From the NCBI GenBank assembly GCA_965214775.1, contig OZ243974.1, forward strand, positions 2,769,657-2,833,656: a DNA stretch of 64,000 nt, given 5' to 3'. This document shows, one piece after another, positions 1 through 10,416 of the stretch. The position numbers and the translations under genes are program-made. Position 1 is the first letter of the stretch; every line of letters begins with the position of its first letter. A model generated the notes under the pieces. It was not told where the DNA came from. It ran no database searches and worked only from the letters and a program-made list of their open reading frames with translations. The stretch is from Nitrosopumilus sp. GTDB taxonomy: Archaea; Thermoproteota; Nitrososphaeria; Nitrososphaerales; Nitrosopumilaceae.

Positions 1-519
1 GTGCCTGATGTACAGCTTGCACCGGTTTCCGGCATCGCCGCCTCTTACGTCGTCCTCCCAGAACAGGGGTCTGTCCTCGTCGTCCATGACTTCTTCCGTA
101 AAGCGCTCCAGTATGATCTCAAATGACTCCTTTGTGCATCCCGTGACGTTGCGAAGGCGCACCGGATCGCCGATTATGCCGTCTGCAACCTCGATTGCGT
201 GCATCCGCAGAGGCGTCCCGCCGCGCACGACTCTTTTTGTCTTGTTTTCTTCGGACTGCCACAGCGAGTCCTCAAACGCAAGCTGCTTCCTCATACGCTC
301 GTTTTGCTTGGACATCTGTTTGTTTTGCTTGGATACCTGCTCGTGTTGCTCGACTAGCATCTCGTGTTGCGCTTGTAACGCTTGAAATGCTTGGAGAGTC
401 TTGTCATTTGAGCCCATACAGTCAGGGAATCATACAGATCTTTAGGGTTGTTGGTGTGCAAATAATGATCTATTGTGTCGTATTTTTAGATCAGATGGGC
501 CGATTACGCATAAAGTCTA
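1..519 (-). mobile_element. 5' part of an ISL2/IS5-like (DDE_Tnp_4) element cut by the window edge; transposase N-terminus at 1-417
   Basis: Near-identical to 2861-3379; ends in the same terminal repeat CGATTACGCATAAAGTCTA (501-519). Confidence 0.9.
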
Positions 520-746
520 CTATGTATGCACTACGACACGAAGGCAGATGCACAGGCTTTTACGTGTCAATCAAGCCAAAGCGCATCCACCTCAACAGGG
601 TTTATCCGAAAAAGTATTTCCGTAGTCAGCAGCTTCAATTCTAAATCCTTGCAGAAAGGGATTGATCTTATCATGACTGAATTCAGTGTTGAACTGGACC
701 CCGTATTTTCGAACCACTTTTTGGGCATTTTTGAGTAGCTCTGACA

Positions 747-1013
747 TCATTTGCCTGCCTCCCTTTGGTGCCGTACGATGAACTCCATCGGAGTGAGATA
801 TCCAAGCGAGGAGTGTATTCTATCGTGATTATAGTCCCTAAATGCCTCCTTTATGACGTCTGAGGCGTCCTGGAAGGAGTCAAACTCATGGGGCCACAGG
901 TATTCCCTCTTGATGCTTCCGTGAAACGACTCTATGTGGCCGTTTTGCTCTGGCGTCCTGTATGCTATGAGCTCGTGCCTGATTCCCAGCTGTTTTAGGG
1001 ACTCCCTGAACAT
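747..1013 (-). pseudogene. IS3-family transposase C-terminal fragment
   Basis: PEQNGHIESFHGSIKREYL and YNHDRIHSSLGYLTP integrase-core motifs; N-terminus missing. Confidence 0.8.
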
Positions 1014-1021
1014 ACGCGATG

Positions 1022-1590
1022 TGTATTATATGAAAATTATGTCGCACCATCACCGGTATCCTCCTCCATCCATTTCGGGTTGCTTTTCCTGATCGCATCT
1101 GTGGCCTTCCTGTCGCAAAATGCCCGCAGAGGCGTCTCGTAGTTGTCTATATCCAGCGACCAGTGCAGTCTGTCCTCGTTGTAATAGCCGATATATGCAG
1201 ACAGGCTCTCGTGGTTCCATATCTCCTCCTCGATGCTCCTGTGGAAGCGCTCCAGCCTGCCGTTGGTCTGCGGGTGATACGGCCTGGAGCTTGTCAGCTC
1301 GATTCCGCAGTCGAGCAGCTCCTCCTCCTCAAAGGCAGTGGGCCTCCACACGCCCTTGGGCGGATTCTTCTTTTTCTTTGGATCCGAGCGCGCCCCGACA
1401 AAGCACTTGCCGTTGTCTGAGAGGATTGTGGCAGGCGCGCCGAACCGGGCCACGGCCTGCCGCAGGACCGCCATGACGTTCTCCGAGGTGGCCTCCCAGA
1501 ACAGGCCCGCACCGGTCACGCACCTGAACGAGTCGTCCAGAAACGTGACCAGGCTGGGCCCTGCAAAGCGCGGATCCTTCATGGTATGCC
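1022..1590 (-). pseudogene. IS481-family remnant (C-terminal half of transposase, ORF 1037-1582, plus right end)
   Basis: ILSDNG and PQTNGRLERFHRS motifs; close paralog of 28018-29037; right end TGTATTATATGAAAATT. Confidence 0.88.
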
Positions 1591-1842
1591 ATAATCAATT
1601 CATAAAAAAACGAACAATTTTGACAACTGCTTTTGATCCAAACATTAAGATCATGCAAACCATCGCACATGCATGGGAAAACAGGCAGAATTTGTGGCAT
1701 CCAGGGACAAATTCCTGGCAAGCAAAGTACTCACGTCTTCGCAAGGCGTACTAGACCCGACAGTATGGAACACGACAGTTATTACTGCAGTAGTTAATTC
1801 GTGTATGTGGGGTTTGACATGCTGCCACACAAGACTCTACAA

Positions 1843-3379
1843 TAGACTTTATGCGTAATCGACCGTGATTAAAAATTCCGTAGGCTTTTCCAAACGCAAA
1901 TGCGCTGATCGGATCAAATTACCGCATGCATCTCGTGTCATGACGCACGTAAAAGCCAGTTGCGCCAAAAGAACGTGCGCAACCATGCAGCACGGCAGTG
2001 TGCCCCGTTGACAAGTCAGAAAGAATGGCGGTCCGTACCGCCGTATGTCATGTGTCTGGCAGCAGATGCAGCTGCTGCAGCAGCTGGCCATAGTATTTTT
2101 TCCTTTTCAACATCGTCTTGAGGTTCTCAAGACCCGTGATTATCTGCATGAAATAATTGAGATCCTTGGCAGTTCCGCCAAACGGCATGGTAAGAATGCC
2201 ATATCTTTTGAGCCGCCCTATGTGGTGCTCCACCCTGACGCGAACCCTGCTTATCTGCTTGCGGCGCCTCTTTTGCGTTGCAGTAAGATCCCCGTCCCTG
2301 GGCTTCTTTGGGGGCTGCCTGTGTATGGCGCCCGGAAGCATCTTTTGAATGCCCTCAAATCCCAGGTCGCTGTAAATCACAAACGCCTCTTCCGGATCGT
2401 CTGCGTTTTTTGCATTCCTCATTGATCCGGTGTGCCTTCCAAAGTCCGGGCCGCCCCCTGCGTTCATCACGCCCTTGTCGTTGACGCTTCCGTCCACAGT
2501 CTTGCCGCAGTGCAGTATGAGGCCGTCCAGGTTCGAGGTAATTATCGTGTTGAACATGTGCCGCTTTTTTCTTCCCGAGTATCTGGTCTTTCTTGCGGTC
2601 CTGTCCCCGGGCCTGTCTACCGGAGTCAGGGTGCCGTCAATCAGGAGCGTCTTTTTTGGGATCAGCACCTCCTCCAGCTTGCCTGCCGGGGTCTTGCAGA
2701 TGATGCTTGCTAGCTTTTCGGAGGCAGGCAGGAGCCGGCGCAGTAACACGGCACCGTACCGGAGGTACCTGGACATTGTGGACTGGTCGACGTCAAACGT
2801 TGCGGCCAGATGATGCTGCGTTGCCTTGGTCCTTATGCTCATGAGTACTGCAAGCAGCGCGTGCCTGATGTACAGCTTGCACCGGTTTCCGGCATCGCCG
2901 CCTCTTACGTCGTCCTCCCAGAACAGGGGCCTGTCCTCGTCGTCCATGACTTCTTCCGTAAAGCGCTCCAGTATGATCGTAAATGACTCCTTTGTGCATC
3001 CCGTGACGTTGCGAAGGCGCACCGGATCGCCGATTATGCCGTCTGCAACCTCGATTGCGTGCATCCGCAGAGGCGTCCCGCCGCGCACGACTCTTTTTGT
3101 CTTGTTTTCTTCGGACTGCCACAGTGAGTCCTCAAACGCAAGCTGCTTCCTCATACGCTCGTTTTGCTTGGACATCTGTTTGTTTTGCTTGGATACCTGC
3201 TCGTGTTGCTCGACTAGCATCTCGTGTTGCGCTTGTAACGCTTGAAATGCTTGGAGAGTCTTGTCATTTGAGCCCATACAGTTAGGGAATCATACAGATC
3301 TTTAGGGTTGTTGGTGTGCAAATAATGATCTATTGTGTCGTATTTTTAGATCAGATGGGCCGATTACGCATAAAGTCTA
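1843..3379 (-). mobile_element. Complete ISL2/IS5-like element
   Basis: Perfect 19-bp inverted repeats TAGACTTTATGCGTAATCG (1843-1861) and CGATTACGCATAAAGTCTA (3361-3379) around one transposase. Confidence 0.9.
2048..3277 (-). CDS. DDE_Tnp_4 (ISL2/PIF-Harbinger-like) transposase with N-terminal coiled coil
   Basis: IDGTLTPVDRP, YSGRKKRH, DLGFEG and RVRVEHHIGRLK motifs; HTH QHHLAATFDVDQSTMSR. Confidence 0.88.
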   Translation of the reverse strand: MGSNDKTLQAFQALQAQHEMLVEQHEQVSKQNKQMSKQNERMRKQLAFEDSLWQSEENKTKRVVRGGTPLRMHAIEVADGIIGDPVRLRNVTGCTKESFTIILERFTEEVMDDEDRPLFWEDDVRGGDAGNRCKLYIRHALLAVLMSIRTKATQHHLAATFDVDQSTMSRYLRYGAVLLRRLLPASEKLASIICKTPAGKLEEVLIPKKTLLIDGTLTPVDRPGDRTARKTRYSGRKKRHMFNTIITSNLDGLILHCGKTVDGSVNDKGVMNAGGGPDFGRHTGSMRNAKNADDPEEAFVIYSDLGFEGIQKMLPGAIHRQPPKKPRDGDLTATQKRRRKQISRVRVRVEHHIGRLKRYGILTMPFGGTAKDLNYFMQIITGLENLKTMLKRKKYYGQLLQQLHLLPDT

Positions 3380-4384
3380 ATATGGAACACGACAGTTATT
3401 ACTGCAGTCAGCCCATCAAATATCGGAACATCTTTACCGGTAGGATCTCTCCGCTGGCAAACAGATTCCGCACGGACTGCTCCATCTCATCAAGCGTATC
3501 AAACACCTTGGCAGACAGCCTCCGCTTTATCTCCCTCCACTGTATCTCTACAGGATTGAGCTCCGGCGTGGACGGCGGCAGGTACTCCAGCATTAACTCG
3601 CCCTTGTACTTTTCCAGCGTCTTTTTTACGCCGACAGACTTGTGGTATGACGCATTATCTAGGAATATCAACACCTTTCCGTATTTTTCGTGCAGATTTT
3701 CCAAAAAGTCGCAAAAGCTGTCGGTGTTGGTCTTGTCATAGAACATATGGTAGAATATACCGACTGCCAGCACGCCGAAGATGTACCGGCGCTGCCGTGA
3801 CAGCGTCAAGGGCGCCGTGATGCTCATGCCGCGCCTGAACCACCCATGTTTGGGGCTATTTGAGGTCTTTTGTATGGATGACTCGTCTTCTGTCATTACC
3901 GTATACCCTTGTGCCTCCTTTTCCCGTATCAGCTCCTGGGATGCCTCCTCGAACTCGTTCTGCTTGCGTTTTGAGGCGGACTTTGGGTTCTTTGGCCTTG
4001 ATTTCTTCCAGGAGAACCCAAGCTCGTGTGCCAGCAGCCGCGTGCCGCTCTTGCTGTATTCTATGCCGAACTTCTTTTTGATGTGCCGCCTTATCAGGCC
4101 CGAGTCCCACAAACTGCTCTCAAAGCCGCACTCCTCTGATCCTGACTTGAGATCCGCCTCAAGCTGTTTCAGCTGCGACTCACTCAGCTTGTGCTTGCGT
4201 CCCCTGCCTGGCCGCTCATGCCTTGCGCGTATTCCCTCGTCCTGCGCGCGGATGAGCCACCTGGATATGGTGGAATGTGCCCGGTCGAGGTTCTTTGCTA
4301 TCTGTTCTGTATCGAGGTCGTCCTTGCGCTGCATGTATGCCAGCAACCTGTCGCGCTTTCTCTTGTCTGTCTCCTTTTTGTACG

Positions 4385-6626
4385 TAGTATCCTCGGCTAC
4401 CAATTGATCACAAAAAGGACAATTTTTTTCAACCAAAGGATCTAAGAGCTATTAGTCCCATATATACACATGAAAGGAAAGAAGGAATTACCGACGGGAA
4501 CAGCGTTCCTGTACGGGATAGCAAGCAAGGACGAGCTTTTTAGGATGCACAAGTCCGAGAAGGACGCCAAGGCGGCAATCCGGCTCCTTGCATACCACAT
4601 GAGAAAGTGCGGCGCGAGCATATATGATATTGCCGAGAAGCTGAGCAGGCCGTATGGAACCGTACGATACTGGCTGGTGCGTGCGCACAAGCATGGCCTG
4701 GAGGGCAGGTTTGACATAAAGCATGGCGCCCCGTGCAGGCTCGACAAGAAACAGCTTGAACGGCTGCGCGCAGACCTGATCAAGGGCCCGGACAACTGCG
4801 GCTTTAAGGCCACAACATGGACAGGGCCGCTGGTCATTGCCCACGTCAAAAAGAAGTTCGGCATCACGTATGCAGAAACGAGCATGTACGACCTGCTGCA
4901 CAGAATCGGCTTCTCATGCAGAAAGCCCAGGCCAAAACACCCAAAATCAGCCTCAGAATCCGAGAAAAAGGAGTTCAAAAAAAAGCTAGGCAGAGCGCAA
5001 AGTACTATTCAAAAAAGGGGTACACGGTAATGATAGGCGACGAGTCCATGTTCATACTGGGATGGAACGTCAAGAACAGCTGGTACCCCGTAGGAGAGCC
5101 GGTCTATACGCCCGTCAGCCTGTCCAGGAAGGTTCTATGTCATAGGGGCCCTCTCAAGAAACAGGTTTGACTATAGCAATGATCAGAAGTCTTTGAGCCA
5201 AAACGGGATCATTCGAAAAGTATATGGATCGCCTAACCGGCGCAATGACATGGCAAAAGAAACAGACAAAAGCCTGTCAGAGGCCATGCGCAAAGAAAAG
5301 GATGTCAAAGTCTACAAGAAGATCATGGCGCTGATGTTTGTGCTAGAAGACGACGTGGGCGTGCCTGAGACTGCAAGAAGGGTCCGGTGCAGTGAGAATT
5401 CCGTGCGCAACTGGCTGGCGAGGTTTTCGGAGGACGGCATAGACGGTCTCCGGGATCTTCCCCGTTCCGGATGCAGGCCAAAGGTGGACAGAGAAAGTAT
5501 TGCCGCCATAATGGACCTGTCCACTGCATGCAAAAGTACCGATGTTATGACGGTACGCGATGACATAAGGGATGCCACCGGGACAGAATACAGCACAGGA
5601 CATGTCCGAAAACTGATGCGCCAGCACGGCCTGTCGCGCCGCAAGGTGCAAAACGTGCATGTCAACCATGCCACCCCAAGCTCCGTATACTCGTGGCAAC
5701 GGTATCTTGAAAACGTGCGGATTCCGTGCCTGAAAAGAGAGGGTTTTACGCTGGTGTCATCTGATGAGGCGTTCTTCGTGCAGGGCGCATACGACAGATA
5801 CGTGTGGGGTCCGGTCGGCACCAGAAGCGTGGCATCGTATTCGGGGGACCACACAAAGGTGGCCGTGTTTGGAAGCATCGCAGAAGACGGCAGAAGGCTG
5901 TTCAGGACGTTTACGGGATCGTTTAGGTCAGTGCAGTTCATACAATGTCTGGAGGCGTTGCGCGCCAAGTTTGGCAAGGTTGCCGTCTTTTGCGACAGGT
6001 GGAGTGTGCACAGATCTATTGACGTCGCAGAATATCTGGCAGGTCATCCCGACATCAGGCTGATAATGATCCCGAAGGGATCGCCGTACCTCAATATCGT
6101 GGAAGAATGCTGGAACCTAGGCAAGCCTGTCGTTTTCAGGGGGATAGTGTACAGGAAAATCAGCGAGCTACGGCATGCCATATCCGAGTACTACAGGACG
6201 GTGTCGTTTGCCCACCTTTGCATGTACAAGTACATTTACAGATCGCCGGTCAAAGCCCTCAATTACTTGTGACCGTTGCTATATCGCTTTTACGAAAAGG
6301 CCAACACGGGAACGTTCTACAAGTTTCTCAGGACACTGCGCCGCAAGTACGGCAAGGTGTTGTTGTTTGTCGACAACGCATCGTACCACAAGTCAGCAGA
6401 ACTCAATGGAATGATGGCCAAGTGGAACGGGGACGTGGTGCTAAAGTACCTGCCGCCGTACGCGCCGGAGCTTAACAACTCGGAGGGGCAGTGGCGCGGG
6501 TTCAAAAAGGCGACTTCAAACTGCCTTTACAAGACCGTCAAGGAGATGCAGAGATCACTGCGCAGTATGACGCGCAGGGGCGAGATAAAGGTGGTAAAGA
6601 TGAACAAATGGCTGACGTAGATACTA
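4385..6626 (+). mobile_element. IS630-family element B copy 1 (frameshifted and interrupted by element C)
   Basis: Matches intact copy 31136-32270; ends TAGTATC/GATACTA; A8 instead of A9 run near 4977 and a 2-bp deletion near 5130. Confidence 0.92.
5174..6281 (+). mobile_element. IS630-family element C, intact, TA target duplication; transposase 5250-6272
   Basis: TA[TAGCAA...TTGCTA]TA inside element B (empty site GACTATCG seen at about 31923); SDEA, CDRWSVH and SPYLNIVE motifs. Confidence 0.9.
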
Positions 6627-7310
6627 CGTCTTGTGCAGGTAGGAGCGACTCGTATTTGGCAGGAATTTGCCCCCTGTGAGATGATCCGAAATTAGAAACC
6701 ATACGAATTTTTCAAGTAATTTCACAGATAACTTGTATTTTGTTGACATTTTGAGCCGTTCTATGCAAATTAGTTCACAAATAATCCGAATCTGCTAATT
6801 TCGAATCAACTCTCTGATGCCACAAACTCCTTTCTCTGTCTGTCCATGCATATGTCGTCATTACGACACTCCCCATCCCTCGAATAGTTAGGCCACAAAC
6901 TCCTTTCTCTGTCTGTCCATGCATATCAGTACTTCCTAGGTGTACTTTTACAGGCACGGTAATTACGTAATTTGGAGAAGATCTTATGCGTAAACGAAGT
7001 TAGCGGCTATGGCGTGCCGGGTCTGCAAAAACACATCTAGGAAGTACTGATATGCGTATTCCTTGCCTGATCTAAATCTTTGGATCAAAAATAGTTGTCA
7101 AAATCGTCCATTTTTTTATGTGTTGACTATGGTGGAGGCGGCCTGAGGCGAATTAGGCGGCAATCTCCCTCCCCCTCCCCCCTCGGGGGTCACCTGCCAT
7201 ATTCACCTCCTTGCAATACATAGGACGCCTGCCAGTACAGAACATACCTCAACAAACTCTGCAACAGAAAAAATGGAAAGGCAGATTAGGCAAGGTGCGC
7301 AAAAAACAGC

Positions 7311-8642
7311 ATGAATTTACTTTCCATAGGTGGCTCGGATCCATCAACGGGTGCCGGAATCCAGAGCGATGTCAAGTTATTTGCAAACATGGATGCAAAC
7401 TGCTTTACGGTCATTACTGCAATTACAGGTCAGAACACTTCAAGTTTCGGACTGGTCGAACCAGTATCAATAAAAATCCTTAAAAATCAACTTGATTTAG
7501 TCCTTTCAGATTTTCAAATCGACGTAATTAAAATCGGAATGCTCTACAATTCCAAAACCATCAGATTCCTTTTCAAAGAATTAAAAAAACTGAAAATCCC
7601 AATAGTTCTAGATCCCGTGATAAGGTCCACGACAGGAGCAATGCTGATAGAAAAATCAGCATTAAATGACTTTAGGAGATACATGGTTCCAATCTCAACT
7701 GTCATTACACCTAACAAGTTTGAGGCCCAAATCATTGCAAACTCCAGAGTTTTGCCGTCCAACAAAATCGAAAAGATTGCAAAAAAGATTCAGGGTATGG
7801 GTGCAAAAAACGTCATAGTTACGGGAATTCAGAAGAGCGGCAACAAAATAGAGGACCTAATTCTTGAAAAAAATACAAGATACACAATCTCAAGCAAAAA
7901 GATCTTTAGGGAGAATCACGGGAGCGGATGCACGTATTCGGCAATAGTTGCATATTCTCTTGCAAACAAGAAGAGCATCAAAGAGTCGGCAAAGTTTGCA
8001 AAAGAGTTCACGCTACAATCAATAAAAAACGCAAAAAAGATCGGAGGCGGGATCCCCGTCACATCACCATTACCATCATCATCATCATCATCATCACATG
8101 TCCCAACAAAAGACCCGCTTCAAAGCGAGCTGTCATCTGAGATTCAAAAGTTTACAGAGATCAGAGGCGTTTATCAGTTGATTCCAGAATGTCAGACAAA
8201 TTTTGTAGTCTCAAAGACAAGACCAAGATCAACAAAAGACGTCCTGGGAGTTTCCGGAAGAATAGTAAAGGCCGGAACAATGGCCGTCGTTGCAGGGGAT
8301 TTAACGTACGGCGGATCAAAACACGTGGCAACAGCCCTGCTGGCAGTCAACAAAAGATTTCCCCGCACAAGATCGGCAGTCAACATAAGGTATCAAGAAA
8401 AAACCCTCAAAAAAATTTCAAAAATAGGGTTCCTTGTCGGAAATTACGACAGAAAGTCAGAGCCAAAGAGCGTAAGGGCCAGGGGTTCGTCAATCAGATG
8501 GGGCATAAACTCTGCAATAAGAGAATCAGAGAAAAGTCCAGACGTAATCTTTCACAGGGGCGGTTTTGGCAAGGAGCCAATGATGATTGTCTTTGGAGAC
8601 AGTCCAAAAAAAGTCACAGAGAAGATCATGAAAATCGTATGA
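7311..8642 (+). CDS. thiDN: Bifunctional HMP/HMP-P kinase (ThiD) fused to thiamine-phosphate synthase ThiN
   Basis: GSDPSTGAGIQSD, ITPNKFEA and HGSGCT in ThiD; LIPECQTN, GGSKHVA and GGFGKEPM in ThiN; poly-Ser linker. Confidence 0.93.
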   Translation: MNLLSIGGSDPSTGAGIQSDVKLFANMDANCFTVITAITGQNTSSFGLVEPVSIKILKNQLDLVLSDFQIDVIKIGMLYNSKTIRFLFKELKKLKIPIVLDPVIRSTTGAMLIEKSALNDFRRYMVPISTVITPNKFEAQIIANSRVLPSNKIEKIAKKIQGMGAKNVIVTGIQKSGNKIEDLILEKNTRYTISSKKIFRENHGSGCTYSAIVAYSLANKKSIKESAKFAKEFTLQSIKNAKKIGGGIPVTSPLPSSSSSSSHVPTKDPLQSELSSEIQKFTEIRGVYQLIPECQTNFVVSKTRPRSTKDVLGVSGRIVKAGTMAVVAGDLTYGGSKHVATALLAVNKRFPRTRSAVNIRYQEKTLKKISKIGFLVGNYDRKSEPKSVRARGSSIRWGINSAIRESEKSPDVIFHRGGFGKEPMMIVFGDSPKKVTEKIMKIV

Positions 8643-8696
8643 GTCCTTCAGGACAGACATCCTTGAACATAAATACACAGCGCACAAGAAAATAGC

Positions 8697-9398
8697 ATGA
8701 AGGCAGTAATTCTAGCAGGTGGACTGGGCACAAGGCTGCAGCCATATACAACGTTTTTGCCAAAACCAATGCTGCCTTTGGGGGAAAAGCCGATTTTAGA
8801 GCACCTGATCGACTGGAACAAAAAAAACGGGGTAAGATCAATCGTGCTTTGTGTCAGTTATCTTAGAAGAACCATAGAGGATTATTTTGAGGACGGAAAA
8901 CGGTTTGGAGTGGACATAAGATACGCAGTTTCAGACAGGCCGCTTGCCACTGCAGGCCAGCTAAAAACCGCCGAGGAGTTTTTGAAAGAGACCTTTGTCT
9001 GCATGTACGGAGATTCAATCTTTGATTTTAGCCTGAGAGGCATGATAAAAGATCACGTAAAGAATGGATCGTTTATCACCATGAGTTTACACCAATACAA
9101 AACCAATCTTCCTTACGGGGTGATTGAAACTGCAAAAAACGGCAGGGTTGCAAGCTGGAACGAAAAGCCAGAAATCAAGGCCAATATCAACATGGGATGT
9201 TACGTAATGGAGGCAGGAGTCCTCAGATACATTCCAAAAAACAGGCCGTACGGAATGGATAGCGTGATAAAAAAGGCAATTGGCAGCAGAAAAGCAGTAA
9301 ATGCGTTTGTTACAAAAAGGGGATTTGTGGATATAGGAGACAAGGCATCTTACAAAAAGGCATACCAGGAATACATACAAAAGCTAGGCAAGATCTGA
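8697..9398 (+). CDS. Sugar-1-phosphate nucleotidyltransferase
   Basis: MKAVILAGGLGTRLQPYT...PKPMLP signature; EKP motif. Confidence 0.92.
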   Translation: MKAVILAGGLGTRLQPYTTFLPKPMLPLGEKPILEHLIDWNKKNGVRSIVLCVSYLRRTIEDYFEDGKRFGVDIRYAVSDRPLATAGQLKTAEEFLKETFVCMYGDSIFDFSLRGMIKDHVKNGSFITMSLHQYKTNLPYGVIETAKNGRVASWNEKPEIKANINMGCYVMEAGVLRYIPKNRPYGMDSVIKKAIGSRKAVNAFVTKRGFVDIGDKASYKKAYQEYIQKLGKI

Positions 9399-9401
9399 CC
9401 C

Positions 9402-9839
9402 ATGACAGAGCCAATTATCCGTGAATTGAAAAAAGGGGATTTGTGGAACGGGTTTTTGACATCCCTTGACTCGCTGAGGCAGGCAAGCAGAATCGACAGG
9501 TCAAGGGCCGATCAGGTTTTTGAAAAAATCAGTTCAAACGAAGACCATGTCATTGCAGTTGCAGAGGTTCAGGGAAGGATTGTCGGTTCAGCAACGCTGC
9601 TGATAGAGCAAAAGTTCATCCACGACGGGGGTCTTGCAGGACACATAGAAGACGTTGTGGTCGACAAAAGGTTTCAAGGACAGAAAATCGGAGGAAAGAT
9701 CATAGAATTTTTGCTTGAAAGATCAAAAAACCGGGGCTGTTACAAAACAGTCCTGGACTGTACAGATGACGTAAGGCCGTTTTATGAGAAATTGGGGTTC
9801 AAAGCGACTGCAAGCGAGATGCGGTTTGATCACGCCTAG
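9402..9839 (+). CDS. GNAT acetyltransferase, glucosamine-6-phosphate N-acetyltransferase (GNA1)-like
   Basis: EQKFIH, GHIEDVVVD..FQGQKIG, GCYKTVLDC, FYEKLGF. Confidence 0.88.
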   Translation: MTEPIIRELKKGDLWNGFLTSLDSLRQASRIDRSRADQVFEKISSNEDHVIAVAEVQGRIVGSATLLIEQKFIHDGGLAGHIEDVVVDKRFQGQKIGGKIIEFLLERSKNRGCYKTVLDCTDDVRPFYEKLGFKATASEMRFDHA

Positions 9840-10276
9840 AAATATTCTTTCCTTGGGCGCCTCTTCTTGTGTTTGAGCAGGTACACGCCAAATCCCACAA
9901 CTGGTGCAGACAGCCCCATGAAGAGGAGCGGAACATAGATGACGGCATCAGTCACGTATGACCCTGGAATTTTTGGAAGAACCAAATAGCATGCGATCAT
10001 TCCGGCAAGCAGGATGACTCCGCCGCCAATGATTAATCCGCCGATTTGTTTGGAGCCGTATTGTCGTGACATGATAAATGCAACAGCTGCCAGTATGCCT
10101 GCAGGGGCAACGCCGATGGAGATGAATTGGAGTATTTTAGGATCAGCTGCAAACCCCTGAGCAAACTCAAAATCGTCAGGAACGTCAACCATGAAATTGT
10201 AAATCGAGAACATTTCCCCGGCAAACATTGCAAACAACCCAACACTTGCAATTGCAAGCCATTTTTCCAGAGCCAT
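9836..10276 (-). CDS. Hypothetical membrane protein (about 4 TM segments)
   Basis: Four hydrophobic stretches and a basic C-tail; lies within the core gene block. Confidence 0.8.
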   Translation of the reverse strand: MALEKWLAIASVGLFAMFAGEMFSIYNFMVDVPDDFEFAQGFAADPKILQFISIGVAPAGILAAVAFIMSRQYGSKQIGGLIIGGGVILLAGMIACYLVLPKIPGSYVTDAVIYVPLLFMGLSAPVVGFGVYLLKHKKRRPRKEYF

Positions 10277-10324
10277 GATTCAAAGAAGACCGGTTGATAA
10301 ATAAACCATTCAAAAGGTCACACA

Positions 10325-10414
10325 GTAAGTTTACCCCATCTCGAGGAATGCGACGTGGCAGGCACGATCATGAATGTCCCGGCCAACCTTGTCGCCTGAG
10401 GGGTAAACTCGTAC
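10325..10414 (-). mobile_element. About 90-bp IS66-derived MITE with 9-bp duplication GGTCACACA
   Basis: Ends GTAAGTTTACCCC / GGGTAAACTCGTAC resemble the IS66 ends at 47331 and 63620; duplication at 10316-10324 and 10415-10423; related to 51189-51387. Confidence 0.85.
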
Positions 10415-10416
10415 GG

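Larger units (their letters stand above)
3381..6764 (-). mobile_element. IS630-family element A, interrupted by element B; transposase = about 6725-6627 plus 4384-3408
   Basis: EDES, LDNASYH and PELNPVE motifs; removing 4385-6628 restores the frame GKFLPNTSRSYLHKTYKKETDK; left boundary approximate. Confidence 0.85.

Noticed and set aside
4970-4990. Programmed -1 frameshift in IS630-B at the A-run
   Set aside because: Copy 2 has A9 and a single continuous ORF, and copy 1 carries other lesions, so simple decay is sufficient
6819-6926. 35-bp direct repeat pair with a 38-bp spacer, CRISPR-like spacing
   Set aside because: Only two units, no cas genes, and it runs into an inverted repeat shared with IS-end debris at about 7033-7056
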